From Octopus bimaculoides (taxonomy: Eukaryota): a stretch of DNA of 64,000 bases. The stretch covers positions 51,188,305 to 51,252,304 of the forward strand of contig NC_068982.1 of the NCBI RefSeq assembly GCF_001194135.2, written 5' to 3'. Position 1 is the stretch's first letter; each line of letters opens with the position of its first letter. The translations under genes were made by a program, and so were the position numbers. A model generated the notes under the pieces. That model was not told the DNA's origin, searched no databases, and saw only the letters and a program-made list of their open reading frames with translations. Positions 63,474 through 64,000 of the stretch are shown here, in pieces.

Positions 63474-64000
63474 GTATGAATCTTAGTACTAGAGATAAGT
63501 GTATAGTAACAACTAAGATGAATTCTAAGTTGACCCTGGTGTAGCTCAAATATGAAATGTTAGGAGTACGTTCAATACATTACATCTGCTGTTCTTTGAG
63601 ATTAATATAAACATATATAGACTGGGAAGATGTTTACACAGTTAAAAAATACTAATTGAAATGAAATATGTAACAACCGAATTTCTTGTAAGAATATGTT
63701 CAATATTAATTTAAAGTATTTTATAAAACAGAAATTATGATTTTTCTTTTTTCTATTACAAGAATAAGTCATAGATTATTTTAATATTTGCATATGACTC
63801 TGAAATCTTGGCATCTTACACATTCATTATCCAATTCAAATTTGCTTTTGCTTTTAGTTTTATTTATTTTTAGTTTTGCTCACTTTTATTGCAATATTAA
63901 TGACAGGACATTTTATTTTATATCTAGTTTATTGTTGGATGTTTTATGTCTTTATCTGACTGTTTCCATCACTTGACTTATAATTTTTAAACCATTCCAG

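Noticed and set aside
1-64000. CRISPR arrays, rRNA, genuine tRNA genes, prokaryotic operons
   Set aside because: None seen; tRNA-like A/B boxes are SINE heads without a full cloverleaf.

Overview
AT-rich animal genomic DNA with assembly gaps and no prokaryotic features. The (TA)n/(CAT)n microsatellites, tRNA-derived SINEs, RTE and mariner copies resemble an octopus/coleoid genome (inference, not searched). The window is mostly intronic sequence of one + strand collagen gene. I find 15 tiny collagenous GT-AG exons (27-108 bp; 13 pure Gly-X-Y multiples of 9 bp, one phase-1 exon, one with a non-collagenous tail) between 3666 and 49966, plus candidate non-collagenous exons. Neither the N- nor the C-terminus is in the window. 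Interrupted helices and small exons suggest a MACIT-type collagen (XIII/XXIII/XXV, CG42342, COL-99 family), at moderate confidence. Highlights: (1) a candidate 9-nt microexon and a 93-nt basic exon that each complete an R-P-K-R furin site when spliced to the preceding exon; (2) three minimal type-I hammerhead ribozyme motifs, two in homologous Penelope-like repeats; (3) a PHD-finger signature inside an RTE LINE ORF2; (4) a near-perfect 65-bp intronic inverted repeat. Introns also hold mariner, piggyBac, hAT-Charlie, pogo-like, Helitron, CR1/L2-group LINE and SINE remnants. All exon calls rest on splice signals and reading frame only, without RNA evidence. Most ORFs in the supplied track are microsatellite, gap or TE artefacts.
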